From the NCBI GenBank assembly GCA_019638085.1, contig JAHBUL010000001.1, positions 127,630 to 191,629 of the forward strand: a stretch of DNA of 64,000 bases, given 5' to 3'. Positions within the stretch are counted from its first letter, which is position 1, and every line of letters begins with the position of its first letter. Origin of the DNA: Flavobacteriales bacterium (GTDB lineage: Bacteria > Bacteroidota > Bacteroidia > Flavobacteriales_F > PHOS-HE28). Below, one piece after another: positions 1 to 10,917 of the stretch. Position numbers and translations under genes: made by a program. The notes beneath the pieces are model-generated. The model saw nothing but the letters and a program-made list of their open reading frames with translations. It had not been told where the DNA came from and searched no databases.

Positions 1-248
1 GCGGAACCGTTCACTTGTATCCGAACCCGGGTACGGGCGACTTCACGTTCATGCCTTCCGTATCATGGACCGATGCGCAGATCACCGTGCTGGACATGAC
101 AGGAAGGACCGTGCATGTGGAGCAGGCGAACCTGAAAGCAGGTGAAGCATACCAACTTTCAATGGCCGGAAAACTGAAGGCCGGTAGCTACCTCTTCCAT
201 GTTACCAGCACGGAAGGCAGCACCGTGGTAAAGCTCATGGTGAAGTAA
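1..248 (+). CDS. 3' end of a T9SS-secreted protein (type-A Por_Secre_tail C-terminal sorting domain); 5' part lies upstream of the window
   Basis: Reading frame is open from nt 3; translated tail YPNPGTGDFTF...GSYLFHV...VKLMVK is a typical T9SS CTD. Confidence 0.7.
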   Translation, partial: GTVHLYPNPGTGDFTFMPSVSWTDAQITVLDMTGRTVHVEQANLKAGEAYQLSMAGKLKAGSYLFHVTSTEGSTVVKLMVK

Positions 249-374
249 CGGGGGATACCACGCACGAACAGATCAAGGGGGCGGTCGCGAATGCGGCCGC
301 CCCCTCCTTGTTCCGGGCCTTCGATTTTTATCCGCAGTTGGCGGTCCTTACTTTCGGGGACCGATCGAACCACA

Positions 375-905
375 ATGAGCATACGCCGCCCTTTCAACCT
401 GATGCAATGGGTCTCGGATAACCGCGACCTCCTGAAACCACCCGTGGGTAACAAGAACCTCTACGTGGATGCCGGCGATTTCATCGTGATGATCGTGGGC
501 GGGCCGAATGCTCGGAAGGACTACCATTGGAACGAGACCGAGGAGCTTTTCCTGCAGTTGGAAGGCGATATCGAAGTAGGTATCCAAGAGGACGGCAAGG
601 CCGTTACCATCCCGATCAAGCAGGGTGAGATGTTCCTGCTGCCTGCGCGTACGCCGCATTCGCCGCGTCGCCCGGCCAACTCCGTGGGATTGGTAGTGGA
701 GGCCAAGCGTGCCGACCGCGAAATGAAGGATGGACTGCTCTGGTTCTGCGAAAAATGCAACCACAAGCTTCACGAGGATTATTTCGTGCTGAATGACATC
801 GAGAAGGACTTTTTACCCCGGTTCAGGAAGTTCTATGGTAGCGAGGAGTTGCGCACATGCGACAAATGCGGGACCGTAATGGAGGCTGATCCGCGTTTTA
901 TTTGA
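375..905 (+). CDS. 3-hydroxyanthranilate 3,4-dioxygenase (cupin, kynurenine pathway)
   Basis: Motifs LYVDAGDFIVMIVGGPNARKDYH, EELFLQLEGD and C-terminal rubredoxin-like CEKC...CDKCG; start taken at MSIRRPF inside ORF 291..905. Confidence 0.85.
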   Translation: MSIRRPFNLMQWVSDNRDLLKPPVGNKNLYVDAGDFIVMIVGGPNARKDYHWNETEELFLQLEGDIEVGIQEDGKAVTIPIKQGEMFLLPARTPHSPRRPANSVGLVVEAKRADREMKDGLLWFCEKCNHKLHEDYFVLNDIEKDFLPRFRKFYGSEELRTCDKCGTVMEADPRFI

Positions 906-909
906 GCAC

Positions 910-1926
910 ATGGCCGAGTTGCTCACCGTAGACATTCACACCCACATCCTGCCGCAGGACATTCCTGACTTCGGAAGGCGCTTCGGCTATGGAGGTTTCA
1001 TTCATCTGGACCACCATCGCCACGGCTGCGCGCGGATGATGATGGACGACCGCTTCTTCCGTGAAGTGGATGCCAACGTGTGGGACCCGGAGGTCCGTAT
1101 GCAGGAATGCGATCACCATCGCGTCCATGTGCAGGTGCTCAGCACCGTGCCTGTGATGTTCAGCTATTGGGCCAAACCCAAGGACACGTTGAACATGGCG
1201 ATGTTCCTGAATGACCACATTGCAGGCATCGTGGAGAAGTATCCCAAGCGCTTCATCGGCCTGGGCACGTTGCCGATGCAGGATACCGAGCTGGCCCTGC
1301 AGGAACTCGAGCGCTGCAAGCTGATCGGCCTCAAAGGCGTACAGATCGGCACCCATGTGGAAGGTCTCAACTTGGGAGAACCCCGGCTGTTCCCCGTTTT
1401 CCAGGCCTGCGAGGAAAGGGGCATGGCCGTCTTCGTGCATCCTTGGGACATGCTGGGGAAGGAGCGCACGGACAAGTATTGGTCACCTTGGTTGGTGGCG
1501 ATGCCCATGGAGACCACCTTGGCCATCACCACCATGATCTTCAGTGGGCTCTTCGAGCGATTGCCGCGTTTGCGCGTGGCCTTTGCCCATGGTGGTGGTT
1601 CCTTCCCGGGGACGATCGGTCGCATACAGCACGGCTTCGATGTGCGACCTGACCTTTGTGCTGTGGACAATCCTGTACCGCCCAAGGACTACCTCGGCCG
1701 CTTTTGGTTGGATTCCTTGGTACACGACCCCGCCATGCTTCAACATGTGGTGAACCTGGTAGGTGCGGACAAGGTGGCTCTCGGTACGGACTATCCCTTT
1801 CCTCTGGGTGAGCTGGAGCCCGGAACACTCATCCGTTCCATGCCTTGGGATGATAAGCAGAAGGAAATGCTGCTGAGCGGATCGGCACTCCAATGGCTCG
1901 ATCTGGAGCCGGGTCAGTTCACCTGA
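910..1926 (+). CDS. 2-amino-3-carboxymuconate-6-semialdehyde decarboxylase (ACMSD, amidohydrolase_2)
   Basis: N-terminal HTHILP metal motif and ACMSD-like sequence throughout; 5 nt downstream of the dioxygenase gene. Confidence 0.85.
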   Translation: MAELLTVDIHTHILPQDIPDFGRRFGYGGFIHLDHHRHGCARMMMDDRFFREVDANVWDPEVRMQECDHHRVHVQVLSTVPVMFSYWAKPKDTLNMAMFLNDHIAGIVEKYPKRFIGLGTLPMQDTELALQELERCKLIGLKGVQIGTHVEGLNLGEPRLFPVFQACEERGMAVFVHPWDMLGKERTDKYWSPWLVAMPMETTLAITTMIFSGLFERLPRLRVAFAHGGGSFPGTIGRIQHGFDVRPDLCAVDNPVPPKDYLGRFWLDSLVHDPAMLQHVVNLVGADKVALGTDYPFPLGELEPGTLIRSMPWDDKQKEMLLSGSALQWLDLEPGQFT

Positions 1927-4900
1927 GCAGGTTCACGTGCCCGTAAACGGTGCGTGCCCTCCCGTTCACCTCCGTGTAATCCACCCGCCACACATAGGTG
2001 TCTATCGGGGAATCCTGTCCCTTGTATGTGCCGTCCCATGCACCCTCCAAGCGGTCCGTATCGAAGATCAGTTCGCCCCATCGATTGAAGACCATCAGGC
2101 GGTACACGGCCACCTCGCGCGTCAGCGCATGGAACAGGTCGTTCACCCCATCGCCGTTCGGGGTGAAGGTGTTCGGAACGAAGAGGCTGCCACGGAAATG
2201 AATGGTCACCTGGTCGATGGCCTTACAGCCATTGTTATCGGTGACCTCCACGGTATAGGTGGTGGTGGTTTCCGGTGAAGCGACGGGATCTGGACAGGTA
2301 CCACAACTGAGCGTGGAATCCGGTGACCAGAGATAGGTCCCCGTTCCGGAGGCGAACAGCTGCGCGCTTTCATTGAAATCGATGCTGGTCTCGTAACCTG
2401 CAGTGACGGATGCAGGAGGGTATAGGCTCACCGAAACGGATGCCGAATCCCAACAACCCAGATCATCCTCTACGATCACGGAATAGATGCCCGCCACGGC
2501 GGGGCTCAGCACCAAGCTATCCGTGGCCGAAGGCTGTGGGGACCACTCATAGACCGTTCCACCAGCCGCGTGCAGCACAAGTGGATCATTGGGGCACACC
2601 AGGGTATCCGGCCATGCCGAGGCATTCACGTATTGCACACCCACGAAAGCGGATGCGCTTACGGTTCCGCACGTGTTGCTCACCAACACCGTGTAATTGG
2701 TGGAAACACTGGGCCCGACCAGCGGATCCGGAACACCCAACTCGCTGATCCCTGCTGCGGGTTGCCATTCATAACTGTCGCCTCCTGCTGCGTGAAGCTG
2801 CACCTGATCGCCGCGGCAGATCACGGTATCGCTCACCACGGGAACAGGCAGATCGGTTTGGGTGAACACCCACATGGAGTCCTCCATCAGGCATCCTTCA
2901 GGTGTGGTCACCAGCACATGGTAGAGCGTGGTATCCAGCGGACTGGCCAGTGGGGTGGCTGACGTGGGATCATCCAACGCGGCGGCAGGCGCCCAGCTGT
3001 ATGTACCGCCGCCGCTCGCGGTCAAGGGAACGCTATTGCCCACACACACCGTGGTATCATTCCCGATCATAATGTCGGCAGGTGAGACCACAATTACCTC
3101 CACGCTTGCGGTATCCGTTCCGCAGCTATCCGTAACAAGCACGGTGTACGTGGTGTTTCCAAGAGGCTGCACAACAGGGTCGGCCACCAAAAGATCCGTG
3201 ATCCCAACGGCAGGGAGCCACTCGAACGCATGGCCACCGTGTGCCTGAAGTTGTACGGACCCGCCCGGGCAGATCGGAGGAACGGGATCGATCGAAGGGG
3301 GTGAGAGTGCCAAGATCGTCACGGTGACATAGGCGGTGTCGTTACTGGTACACACATCTTCATCGCTCAGCACCAAGCGCACGGTATAGCTGCCAGCCGT
3401 AGTGTAGGTATGATCGGGTTCGAACGCCGTGGTATCCGTGCCATCGCCGAAATCCCAATCGAAAATGCTTCCGCCGACGCTGAGGTTGATGAAGGAGACG
3501 GTGGCTCCCGGGAGGCAAGCATAGTCCGGTCCATCCACGCCGATCTCCGCAGTTGGTTGCAGCAGGTCGAACTTGAACACACCCAAGTTGCAGTTGAAGG
3601 AGCCGTTCGAGGGGGCCCATGCACCGGGGGTGGTGGGGAAATCATCATTCCCCGGACATCCCGCACACACCGCTTGGTAAACCGTTCCGTGCTTATCGAA
3701 TCGGGAGGTGCCTCCATCCACATGTTCGGCGCTGAGTGCACCGCCGAAGAAGGTGGCATAGTTCAACGCGGTGGCGTTCTCCTCCAACACCATCAGGTAG
3801 AAATCACTGCCTGTAGTAGTGGCTTGGAAAGCATCGATAGTGGTGGGAAGGCCGGTTGTGGTACTGCCAGTGGCTTGGGCGTTATGGTTGACCAGGCCAC
3901 CCCAACCACTGAAATAGATCTGGCCGCAGTCGCTCACCAAGAAGGCCGAAGGCGAAATATTTTCATTTCCCAGTCCCGAGCCGATCAATGTGGACCACAG
4001 CGAGTTGGACAGGTCGTGGTTGAATTTCTGGATGAACTGCGTACTGCCCGGATTGCTGTACACGCCCGATGAGACCGGATAGGCACCGTGTGTTTGGCCC
4101 ACTATGTACACTTCATCATCCAGGTCCAATTGCACGAAATAGCTCTGGTCGAATGTGGATGTACCCGCGTATGTTGCGGAAAGCAATTGACCCAGATCGG
4201 CACTCCAACGGGCCACGTAGCCATCTGCGCCGCCGCTATTCAATCCTTGCATGGGCGAACCCGGCATGGCCAGGTTCGTGCTTGTGGTTCCTCCGGTGGT
4301 GAAGACCTGTCCGTTGGAATCGAACTGCACGCCATAGCCGCTATTCGCCCCGGAGCCTCCATAGAACGTGGCTTGGAGCGTGGACAACGCCGGGTTCATT
4401 CGGAAGAGGTAGGCATCCTGAGTACCGCCACCAAAGGTTGACTGCGGTGCATTTGCGCTCACTGGGATGTCCGTACTCTGGGTGGAGGTACTGATCACGG
4501 GCCACTCCTGCAGGTCAAGCGCGATCTCGCCCCGGAAGTGATCACCGTAGTTGTGGGATAGTGGCAGCACATTGTTCACGCCATCATTTCCACTTCCACC
4601 CACGTATGTACTGCCGATCAACGCCGTGGCATCGGCGGAAAAATGCGCCACCACGATGTCCGTACCGTTCGTATGCCCATAGCCATAACCGCCTGTCATG
4701 CCCACCCAGCCTACCGGTGCGCTGCCGCTGATCGGCGTGCCACCATTGAAGACCGGGTCATAGGCTCCCCCGGTAGTAGGGAAATTGGCCGAACCGGAGC
4801 TACCGAACAGATACAGTTCATTGTTCGTGTTCACCACCAGGCTTTGTGGCGTTTCATTGCCGGAGCCGCCGATATACGTGCTCCAGATCAGGGAGCTGCC

Positions 4901-5792
4901 ATCCGGTGCGAACTTGGTGAGGCCGATGTCGATGGTACCACCATTGAAGCTGGGGTCCAGCACGCCCACCGAGGCGGGGTAACCGGCACCGAAGACAATG
5001 CCTCCGCCGTATAAATGCCCTGCCGCATCATAAGTGGCCGTAAAGCCGAAGTTGTCCGCCGTACTGCCGGAATAGCTGCCGAAGGTGAGCACCGGGTCGA
5101 TCACCAAGGGAAGCGAAGGATCATACCCATCCGGTAGGTCGAAGAAGACCCGATCGCCCACGAGCCCGAACGCGCACGGGACATGCTTGCGGCCCGCAGC
5201 GGTTTCCTGGAAAGCAACCGGAGCTTGCTCAGTTACCGTGCCCGCTGTGGTCGTCACGATCAATCGGCCATCCTGCAGGATCAGATCATCTTGCCCCTCG
5301 AAGTGCAATTGAACTTGCGCGGGATCGGCACCTGCCGCAACCAGGAATTCGTACTTCAACCCTTCCCGGCCATCCACCCGCAGATCAATGCCGGGATACA
5401 ATCCGCGCATGCTGACCATACCGTACACGGCGCAACCGGTACCCCATTTTTCCGGATCGTTGCCCAAGAAATAATTCTCGTAGTGCGATTGCCCGAACGC
5501 TCCTTCCGGAACGGCCTGCGAAGCTCCGTCGAACGAAACCCGGAAGGCGTGCGCATGTTCCTCTGCTACGGGTTCATCGTGTGCGTGACCATGGTTGGCC
5601 AGTGGGCCTCCGGAATGCAAGCTGTAGGTAAGCGCACTGCGCTCCACGAACATCAGCCCACCTGGCACCCGCGCCCGATAGGCCACCTGGTCGGGCCATT
5701 GCCCCTTGTTTTCCGTGAAACTGGCCACAGGCGGTTGCGCCAGCAAGGGTATGGCAGCTAAAAGGAATGCTATGATGAGGAGATGGCGCACG
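1919..5792 (-). CDS. Very large secreted adhesin-like protein (beta-propeller/PKD-like repeats) with T9SS type-B (gliding-motility-associated) C-terminal domain
   Basis: C-terminus NTFTPNGDGVNDLF...WDGTYKG...YVWRV matches the type-B CTD; signal peptide HLLIIAFLLAAIPLLAQ after a GTG start at 5792; repeat-rich body. Confidence 0.8.
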
Positions 5793-6002
5793 GTGGGAAA
5801 AGGAGACCTTAAAAGGGATCCTAAGTTATGACCGATGGCGGGGCTCAGGAGTTGCTTGGGGTCTGCTGGTCCGTGATATGGCCGGATGTACACTCCATAC
5901 CTATGCAAAGCTGGGGAGATGGACGAATATGACCTTGCACCATGTCGCCCATCTACATCCGTACCTTTGCCTTCCTTTTCATACCGGCACAATCGGCTTT
6001 CC

Positions 6003-7904
6003 ATGAGCGACGCGATCAAGCACGAATGCGGTCTGGCTTTTATCCGCTTGCGGAAGCCCTTGGCATATTATCAGGAGCAGCACGGAAGTGCGCTGTACGG
6101 CCTTACCAAGCTGTACCTGCTGATGGAGAAGCAGCACAACCGTGGCCAGGATGGCGCGGGGGTGGCAACCATCAAGCTGGACCCGCCGCCAGGTGCCAAC
6201 TTCATCGATCGTGATCGCAGCACCTCCAAGGATGCCATCCAATTGATCTTTGGCCGCATCTATCAAGGCATCGCTACTGCCATAGCGGAAAACCCCAACG
6301 CGGAACAGGATCCCGAGCTACTGAAACAGGTCGCACCTTACATGGGCGAGCTGCTGCTGGGGCATTTGCGCTATGCCACCTTCGGTCGCGATGAACTGGA
6401 GAACTGCCACCCGCGGCGCCGCCTCAGCAATTGGATCACCCGCAACCTTGTAGTGGCCGGCAACTTCAATATGACCAATGTGGACGAGCTCTTCAACCTG
6501 CTCGTGAGCATCGGCCAAACACCCAAGGAGCGCAGCGATACCATGACCGTGCTGGAGAAGATCGGGCACTTCCTGGACATGGAGAACGAGCGGTTGCGTG
6601 GCATCCATCACCAGCTGGGTTACAACGACCGGCAGATAACCAGAATGATCGAGGAGAAGCTCGATGTGAAGAGCATCCTGCAACAGAGTGCGATCGACTT
6701 CGACGGTGGCTATGCGTTGGCGGGCCTCATCGGCCATGGCGATGCTTTTGTGCTTCGCGATCCCGCCGGTATCCGTCCCTGCTTTTGGTATGCCGATGAC
6801 GAGATCGTGGTGGCTGCGAGTGAACGGCCAGCGATCCAGACCGCATTCCGCCTGAAGGCGGAGCAAGTACACGAATTGGAGCCGGGCAAGGCCTTGATCG
6901 TGAAGAAGGATGGGACGTACAGCACGCAGGAGATCCTGCCCCCATTGGAAAAGCGTTCATGCAGTTTCGAGCGGATCTACTTCAGCCGGGGTAGCGACAC
7001 CGATGTATACCGTGAACGAATTGCGCTAGGGCGATCGGTATGCCCTGCGATCCTGGAGATCATCGACCACGATCTGGAGAACACCGTGTTCTCCTTCATT
7101 CCCAACACTGCGGAAGTGGCATGTTACGGTATGATGAAGGAGATGGAGGATGAACTGGACCGTGTGAAGGAACGGCGCATTCTGGAACTGGGACCCAAGC
7201 CTGATCCAGCGGAGCTACGGGCCATCCTCGCCTTAAGGCCCCGCTTGGAAAAAGTAGCGGTGAAGGACGCTAAACTGCGCACCTTCATCACCAATGAAAA
7301 TTCACGTGCCGACCTCGTGGCACACGTGTATGACATCACCTATGGCACTGTGCGTCCCGGGGTGGACTCGTTGGTGGTGATCGACGACAGCATCGTGCGC
7401 GGCACCACGCTCAAGCAGAGCATCCTGAAGATGCTGGATCGCTTGGAACCACGCAAGATCGTGGTAGTAAGCAGCGCCCCGCAGATCCGCTACCCCGATT
7501 GCTACGGCATCGATATGGCCAAGATGGGCGACCTCGCAGCGTTTCAAGCCGCTATTTCCCTGCTGAAGGAGACCAAGCAAGAGAACATCATCGACGATGT
7601 GTATGACCGTTGCCTCGCCATGGTGGATAGGCCGCTGGCCGAACAGGAGAACGTTGTGAAGGATATTTATCGGCCTTTCTCAGCGGAACAGATCAGCAAG
7701 CGCATCGGTGAACTGTTGACCTCTCCTGAGATCAATGCCGAGGTGGCCATCGTGTATCAAAGCATTGAAGGCTTGCACGCTGCCTGCCCGGGGCACACCG
7801 GTGATTGGTACTTCACCGGCAACTACCCGACACCCGGTGGCAACCGCGTGGTGAACCGCGCCTTCATCAACTGGAGGCAAGGGAAGAACGTGCGGGCGTA
7901 TTGA
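6003..7904 (+). CDS. purF: Amidophosphoribosyltransferase (long Bacteroidota-type PurF)
   Basis: N-terminal MSDAIKHECGLAF glutamine-amidotransferase class-II nucleophile region and a PRTase domain; start at internal Met 6003. Confidence 0.85.
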   Translation: MSDAIKHECGLAFIRLRKPLAYYQEQHGSALYGLTKLYLLMEKQHNRGQDGAGVATIKLDPPPGANFIDRDRSTSKDAIQLIFGRIYQGIATAIAENPNAEQDPELLKQVAPYMGELLLGHLRYATFGRDELENCHPRRRLSNWITRNLVVAGNFNMTNVDELFNLLVSIGQTPKERSDTMTVLEKIGHFLDMENERLRGIHHQLGYNDRQITRMIEEKLDVKSILQQSAIDFDGGYALAGLIGHGDAFVLRDPAGIRPCFWYADDEIVVAASERPAIQTAFRLKAEQVHELEPGKALIVKKDGTYSTQEILPPLEKRSCSFERIYFSRGSDTDVYRERIALGRSVCPAILEIIDHDLENTVFSFIPNTAEVACYGMMKEMEDELDRVKERRILELGPKPDPAELRAILALRPRLEKVAVKDAKLRTFITNENSRADLVAHVYDITYGTVRPGVDSLVVIDDSIVRGTTLKQSILKMLDRLEPRKIVVVSSAPQIRYPDCYGIDMAKMGDLAAFQAAISLLKETKQENIIDDVYDRCLAMVDRPLAEQENVVKDIYRPFSAEQISKRIGELLTSPEINAEVAIVYQSIEGLHAACPGHTGDWYFTGNYPTPGGNRVVNRAFINWRQGKNVRAY

Positions 7905-8066
7905 GTTTTCAACCGCAACGATGCTACGGTGCAACGTGAGCGCAACGGGATACATCGCACAATTCGCTACCCGTTCTTCCTGATGGACAAGCATGCCGTA
8001 GGCAGCGCCGTCGCTGAAGTGCTTTGGCGCAGGTACTCTGATAGCTGACAGCGGACCACGGGCAAC

Positions 8067-8993
8067 TCACTTGGGCAATCCCAACGCGCTGCGGTAAGTT
8101 GAATCCGCCACGGCGTGTTGCGCCCAATACGGTTCCATCACCTGCTCCTTCAGGCGGGCCGTGGAAGTGAGCGTGCGTACGTTGTCACCGAAACCATCGG
8201 GGCGGGTTTCCTCCCAGCCGAAGATCACGTGCGGGAAAGTGGTACCGAAGTGGATCGAGACCGTTCGCTCCAGTGATATGAACTGCATGCTGTATGTGCT
8301 CGTATCGCCTTGTGCAGTGAGTTCCACGTTCACCTTTACGGGTGCGATGGGCTTGTGCATCAGCCGCAGGTAGATCAGTGTGGGCAATACGTCCACCGTG
8401 CCCTTCGGGAGCTTCGTGGGATCGATCCGGATCTGGTTCATGATATCATCCTCGAGCACGGCACTCCCGATCCTGCCGTCCATGTCGCCATCGGCTTGGA
8501 AGTAGCTCCGCAGCTCGAAGCGATGGCCAGCGGCCTGTCGATTCAACTGCATGAACGTCTGACCACACCAGTCCTGTGAGGTGTAGCTCACCTTCATCGG
8601 TGGCGTGCCGTCCACAGGGCTGAACGTGCTCGTCATCAGCGAATAGTCATAGATGCCGGTGGTGAAGCGGTCGATGCGGTTCAACTTCAACACGTTCGTC
8701 CGAGGTGCATCCCCTTGGCCCTCAAATTTCACCTGTGCGCTGTCCAGAAGATCCTCCGTGACGAAGATCAGCACTGCTTCGCCATCGCGCAGCTCGCCGT
8801 AGCGCGCTTGGGTAAGGGCGTAATGGTTCAGCTCGGCCTTGCCCTGGTGCCAGTAGGCGTTGAATTCAGCGGAGGGGACCGTACCCGTTCCCGTGCTATT
8901 GTCCACATGCGCTTCCGAAGGACCGGCGGAACACGTGGCAAACAGCACGGCGATCGCACCAACACCGATCAACATAGGCCAGGAGTGTTTCAT
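8067..8993 (-). CDS. Hypothetical lipoprotein
   Basis: Lipoprotein signal MKHSWPMLIGVGAIAVLFATCSAG; no family recognised. Confidence 0.55.
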   Translation of the reverse strand: MKHSWPMLIGVGAIAVLFATCSAGPSEAHVDNSTGTGTVPSAEFNAYWHQGKAELNHYALTQARYGELRDGEAVLIFVTEDLLDSAQVKFEGQGDAPRTNVLKLNRIDRFTTGIYDYSLMTSTFSPVDGTPPMKVSYTSQDWCGQTFMQLNRQAAGHRFELRSYFQADGDMDGRIGSAVLEDDIMNQIRIDPTKLPKGTVDVLPTLIYLRLMHKPIAPVKVNVELTAQGDTSTYSMQFISLERTVSIHFGTTFPHVIFGWEETRPDGFGDNVRTLTSTARLKEQVMEPYWAQHAVADSTYRSALGLPK

Positions 8994-9241
8994 GGTACGA
9001 AGTTCGTGAATGTGCCAAGGACCTGACAGGTTGCAATTGGTGTACCGCCAGAACGCTAAGAACGCCAAGGAATACAATTGACGCCACATACGGAGAATGG
9101 CTTCAGTGTGGCCTGTATTCCTTGTGCTGGTCGGCTCATTTTCACGTAATTCCCGTGGCGCTCCTTGCGTCTTGGCGGTGAAAACCGTGACACATCACAC
9201 AGACGCCCCGCTTGCCACCCGGTAGCTTTGCGCCGATCCGC

Positions 9242-10114
9242 ATGCAGCACTATTGGGACATCATCGTTAATTCCTACACGGGCTATTGGAACTACCTCGC
9301 AGGGGAAGTTTCGCACTTGACCTGGCACAACTACTTCTGGTGGCTGCTGGGGCTTTCGCTCTTCGCGTGGACGGCGGAGATCATCTTCCCTTGGCGTAAG
9401 GATCAGCGGCGTATCCGGCAGGATTTCTGGCTGGACGGCTTCTACATGTTCTTCAACTACTTCCTCTTCTCGTTGATCGCGTACAACGCGGTGAGCAATG
9501 TGGCGGTGGACCTGTTCAACAGTGCGTTGGCCAAACTGGGCATCTCCAACATCGTGGCAGTGGAGATCCATGGCTGGCCCCATTGGGCGCAGCTGCTCAC
9601 GCTTTTTATCGTGGCCGACTTCATCCATTGGAACGTACATCGCATGCTGCACCGCGTGCCTTGGATGTGGAAATTCCACCAAGTACATCACAGCGTGAAA
9701 CAGATGGGTTTCGCGGCACACTTGCGCTTTCATTGGATGGAGAACGTGTTCTACAAAAGCGCCCAATACATCCCTCTCGCGATGATCGGTTTCGGACTGA
9801 AGGACTTCTTCATCGTCCACATTTTCACCACGGCGATCGGGCACCTGAATCACAGCAACCTGAACCTCAGCTACGGCCCGCTGAAGTATGTGCTGAACAA
9901 CCCCGTGATGCATATTTGGCACCATGTGAAAGAGCTTCCTGAAGGCCGGAAATACGGAATGAATTACGGCATCAGTCTCAGTCTCTGGGACTATCTCTTC
10001 GGAACCGCTGAGATACCCTCCAACGGGCGCGATATCGAGCTGGGGTTCCCTGGTGACGAGACCTTTCCGAGGACATTCATCAAACAGATCGCCTTTCCAC
10101 CACGCAACGAATGA
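9242..10114 (+). CDS. Sterol desaturase / fatty-acid hydroxylase superfamily membrane protein
   Basis: Histidine boxes HWNVHRMLH, HQVHH and HIWHH; multiple predicted TM segments. Confidence 0.8.
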   Translation: MQHYWDIIVNSYTGYWNYLAGEVSHLTWHNYFWWLLGLSLFAWTAEIIFPWRKDQRRIRQDFWLDGFYMFFNYFLFSLIAYNAVSNVAVDLFNSALAKLGISNIVAVEIHGWPHWAQLLTLFIVADFIHWNVHRMLHRVPWMWKFHQVHHSVKQMGFAAHLRFHWMENVFYKSAQYIPLAMIGFGLKDFFIVHIFTTAIGHLNHSNLNLSYGPLKYVLNNPVMHIWHHVKELPEGRKYGMNYGISLSLWDYLFGTAEIPSNGRDIELGFPGDETFPRTFIKQIAFPPRNE

Positions 10115-10338
10115 ACTTCATCAACGATTGGAAGGTCCTGGTACCCATGGCGCTGTTGCTTGGCCTGATGCCATTTTTCCCTGAGCCGCACCTCTGGGGC
10201 AAATTGCGTTGGGTAGCCGGTGGTGCGCACGGCATGCAGGCGATGGATTGGCTGGATCTGTTGTGGCATGGTTTTCCTGTTCTTCTGCTTGCAAGGCTGG
10301 GTATCTTGCACGTGATGCGCAAGCGACCCACCGTGTGA
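10111..10338 (+). CDS. Small hypothetical membrane protein, translationally coupled to the desaturase (ATGA overlap)
   Basis: Start codon overlaps the desaturase stop; hydrophobic 75-aa product. Confidence 0.4.
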   Translation: MNFINDWKVLVPMALLLGLMPFFPEPHLWGKLRWVAGGAHGMQAMDWLDLLWHGFPVLLLARLGILHVMRKRPTV

Positions 10339-10351
10339 TCAATTCCTACAA

Positions 10352-10858
10352 ATGCCTTCACTCCGGCACATTGGCTTTTTACTGTTGCTACTGGCCGGCG
10401 GGGTCAATGCCTCCGCACAGCACGTACAGGAGTCCGCCTACCAAGAAAAGTTGCAGGGCTTGCTTTCGGACAAGACACCCGTGATCGATGTTCCGCAATT
10501 GGCCAAGAACCCGAAGGTGATGCTGCTGGATGCACGGCCCAAGGAGGAATTTGACGTGAGCCATATGGCCAAGGCGCGCCGCGTCGGCTACGACGACTTC
10601 GACATGGCCAAGGTGAAGGACCTGCCCAAGGACACGGCCATCGTGGTGTACTGCTCCGTAGGCTATCGTAGTGGAAAGGTCACCGAGAAACTGTTGAAGG
10701 CCGGCTTCACCAACGTGAGGAACCTCTATGGAGGCATTTTTGAGTGGGTGAACACAGGCCGCACCGTGGTGGATGATTCCGGAAAGCCGACGGATCGTAT
10801 CCACGCCTACGACAAGAACTGGTCGCGCTGGGTGTTGAAGAGAGAGAAGGTCTATTAG
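10352..10858 (+). CDS. Rhodanese-domain sulfurtransferase, secreted
   Basis: Signal peptide plus rhodanese active-site loop CSVGYRSG. Confidence 0.8.
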   Translation: MPSLRHIGFLLLLLAGGVNASAQHVQESAYQEKLQGLLSDKTPVIDVPQLAKNPKVMLLDARPKEEFDVSHMAKARRVGYDDFDMAKVKDLPKDTAIVVYCSVGYRSGKVTEKLLKAGFTNVRNLYGGIFEWVNTGRTVVDDSGKPTDRIHAYDKNWSRWVLKREKVY

Positions 10859-10917
10859 TCTGAGTGCTGATCCTTGGGTCAGGAATGGATGGGGATCACG
10901 ACTTACCCTCCGGGATC

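Noticed and set aside
9056-9925. 289-aa minus-strand His-rich ORF
   Set aside because: Mirror image of the histidine-box desaturase gene on the plus strand. The His richness comes from reverse-complemented codons.
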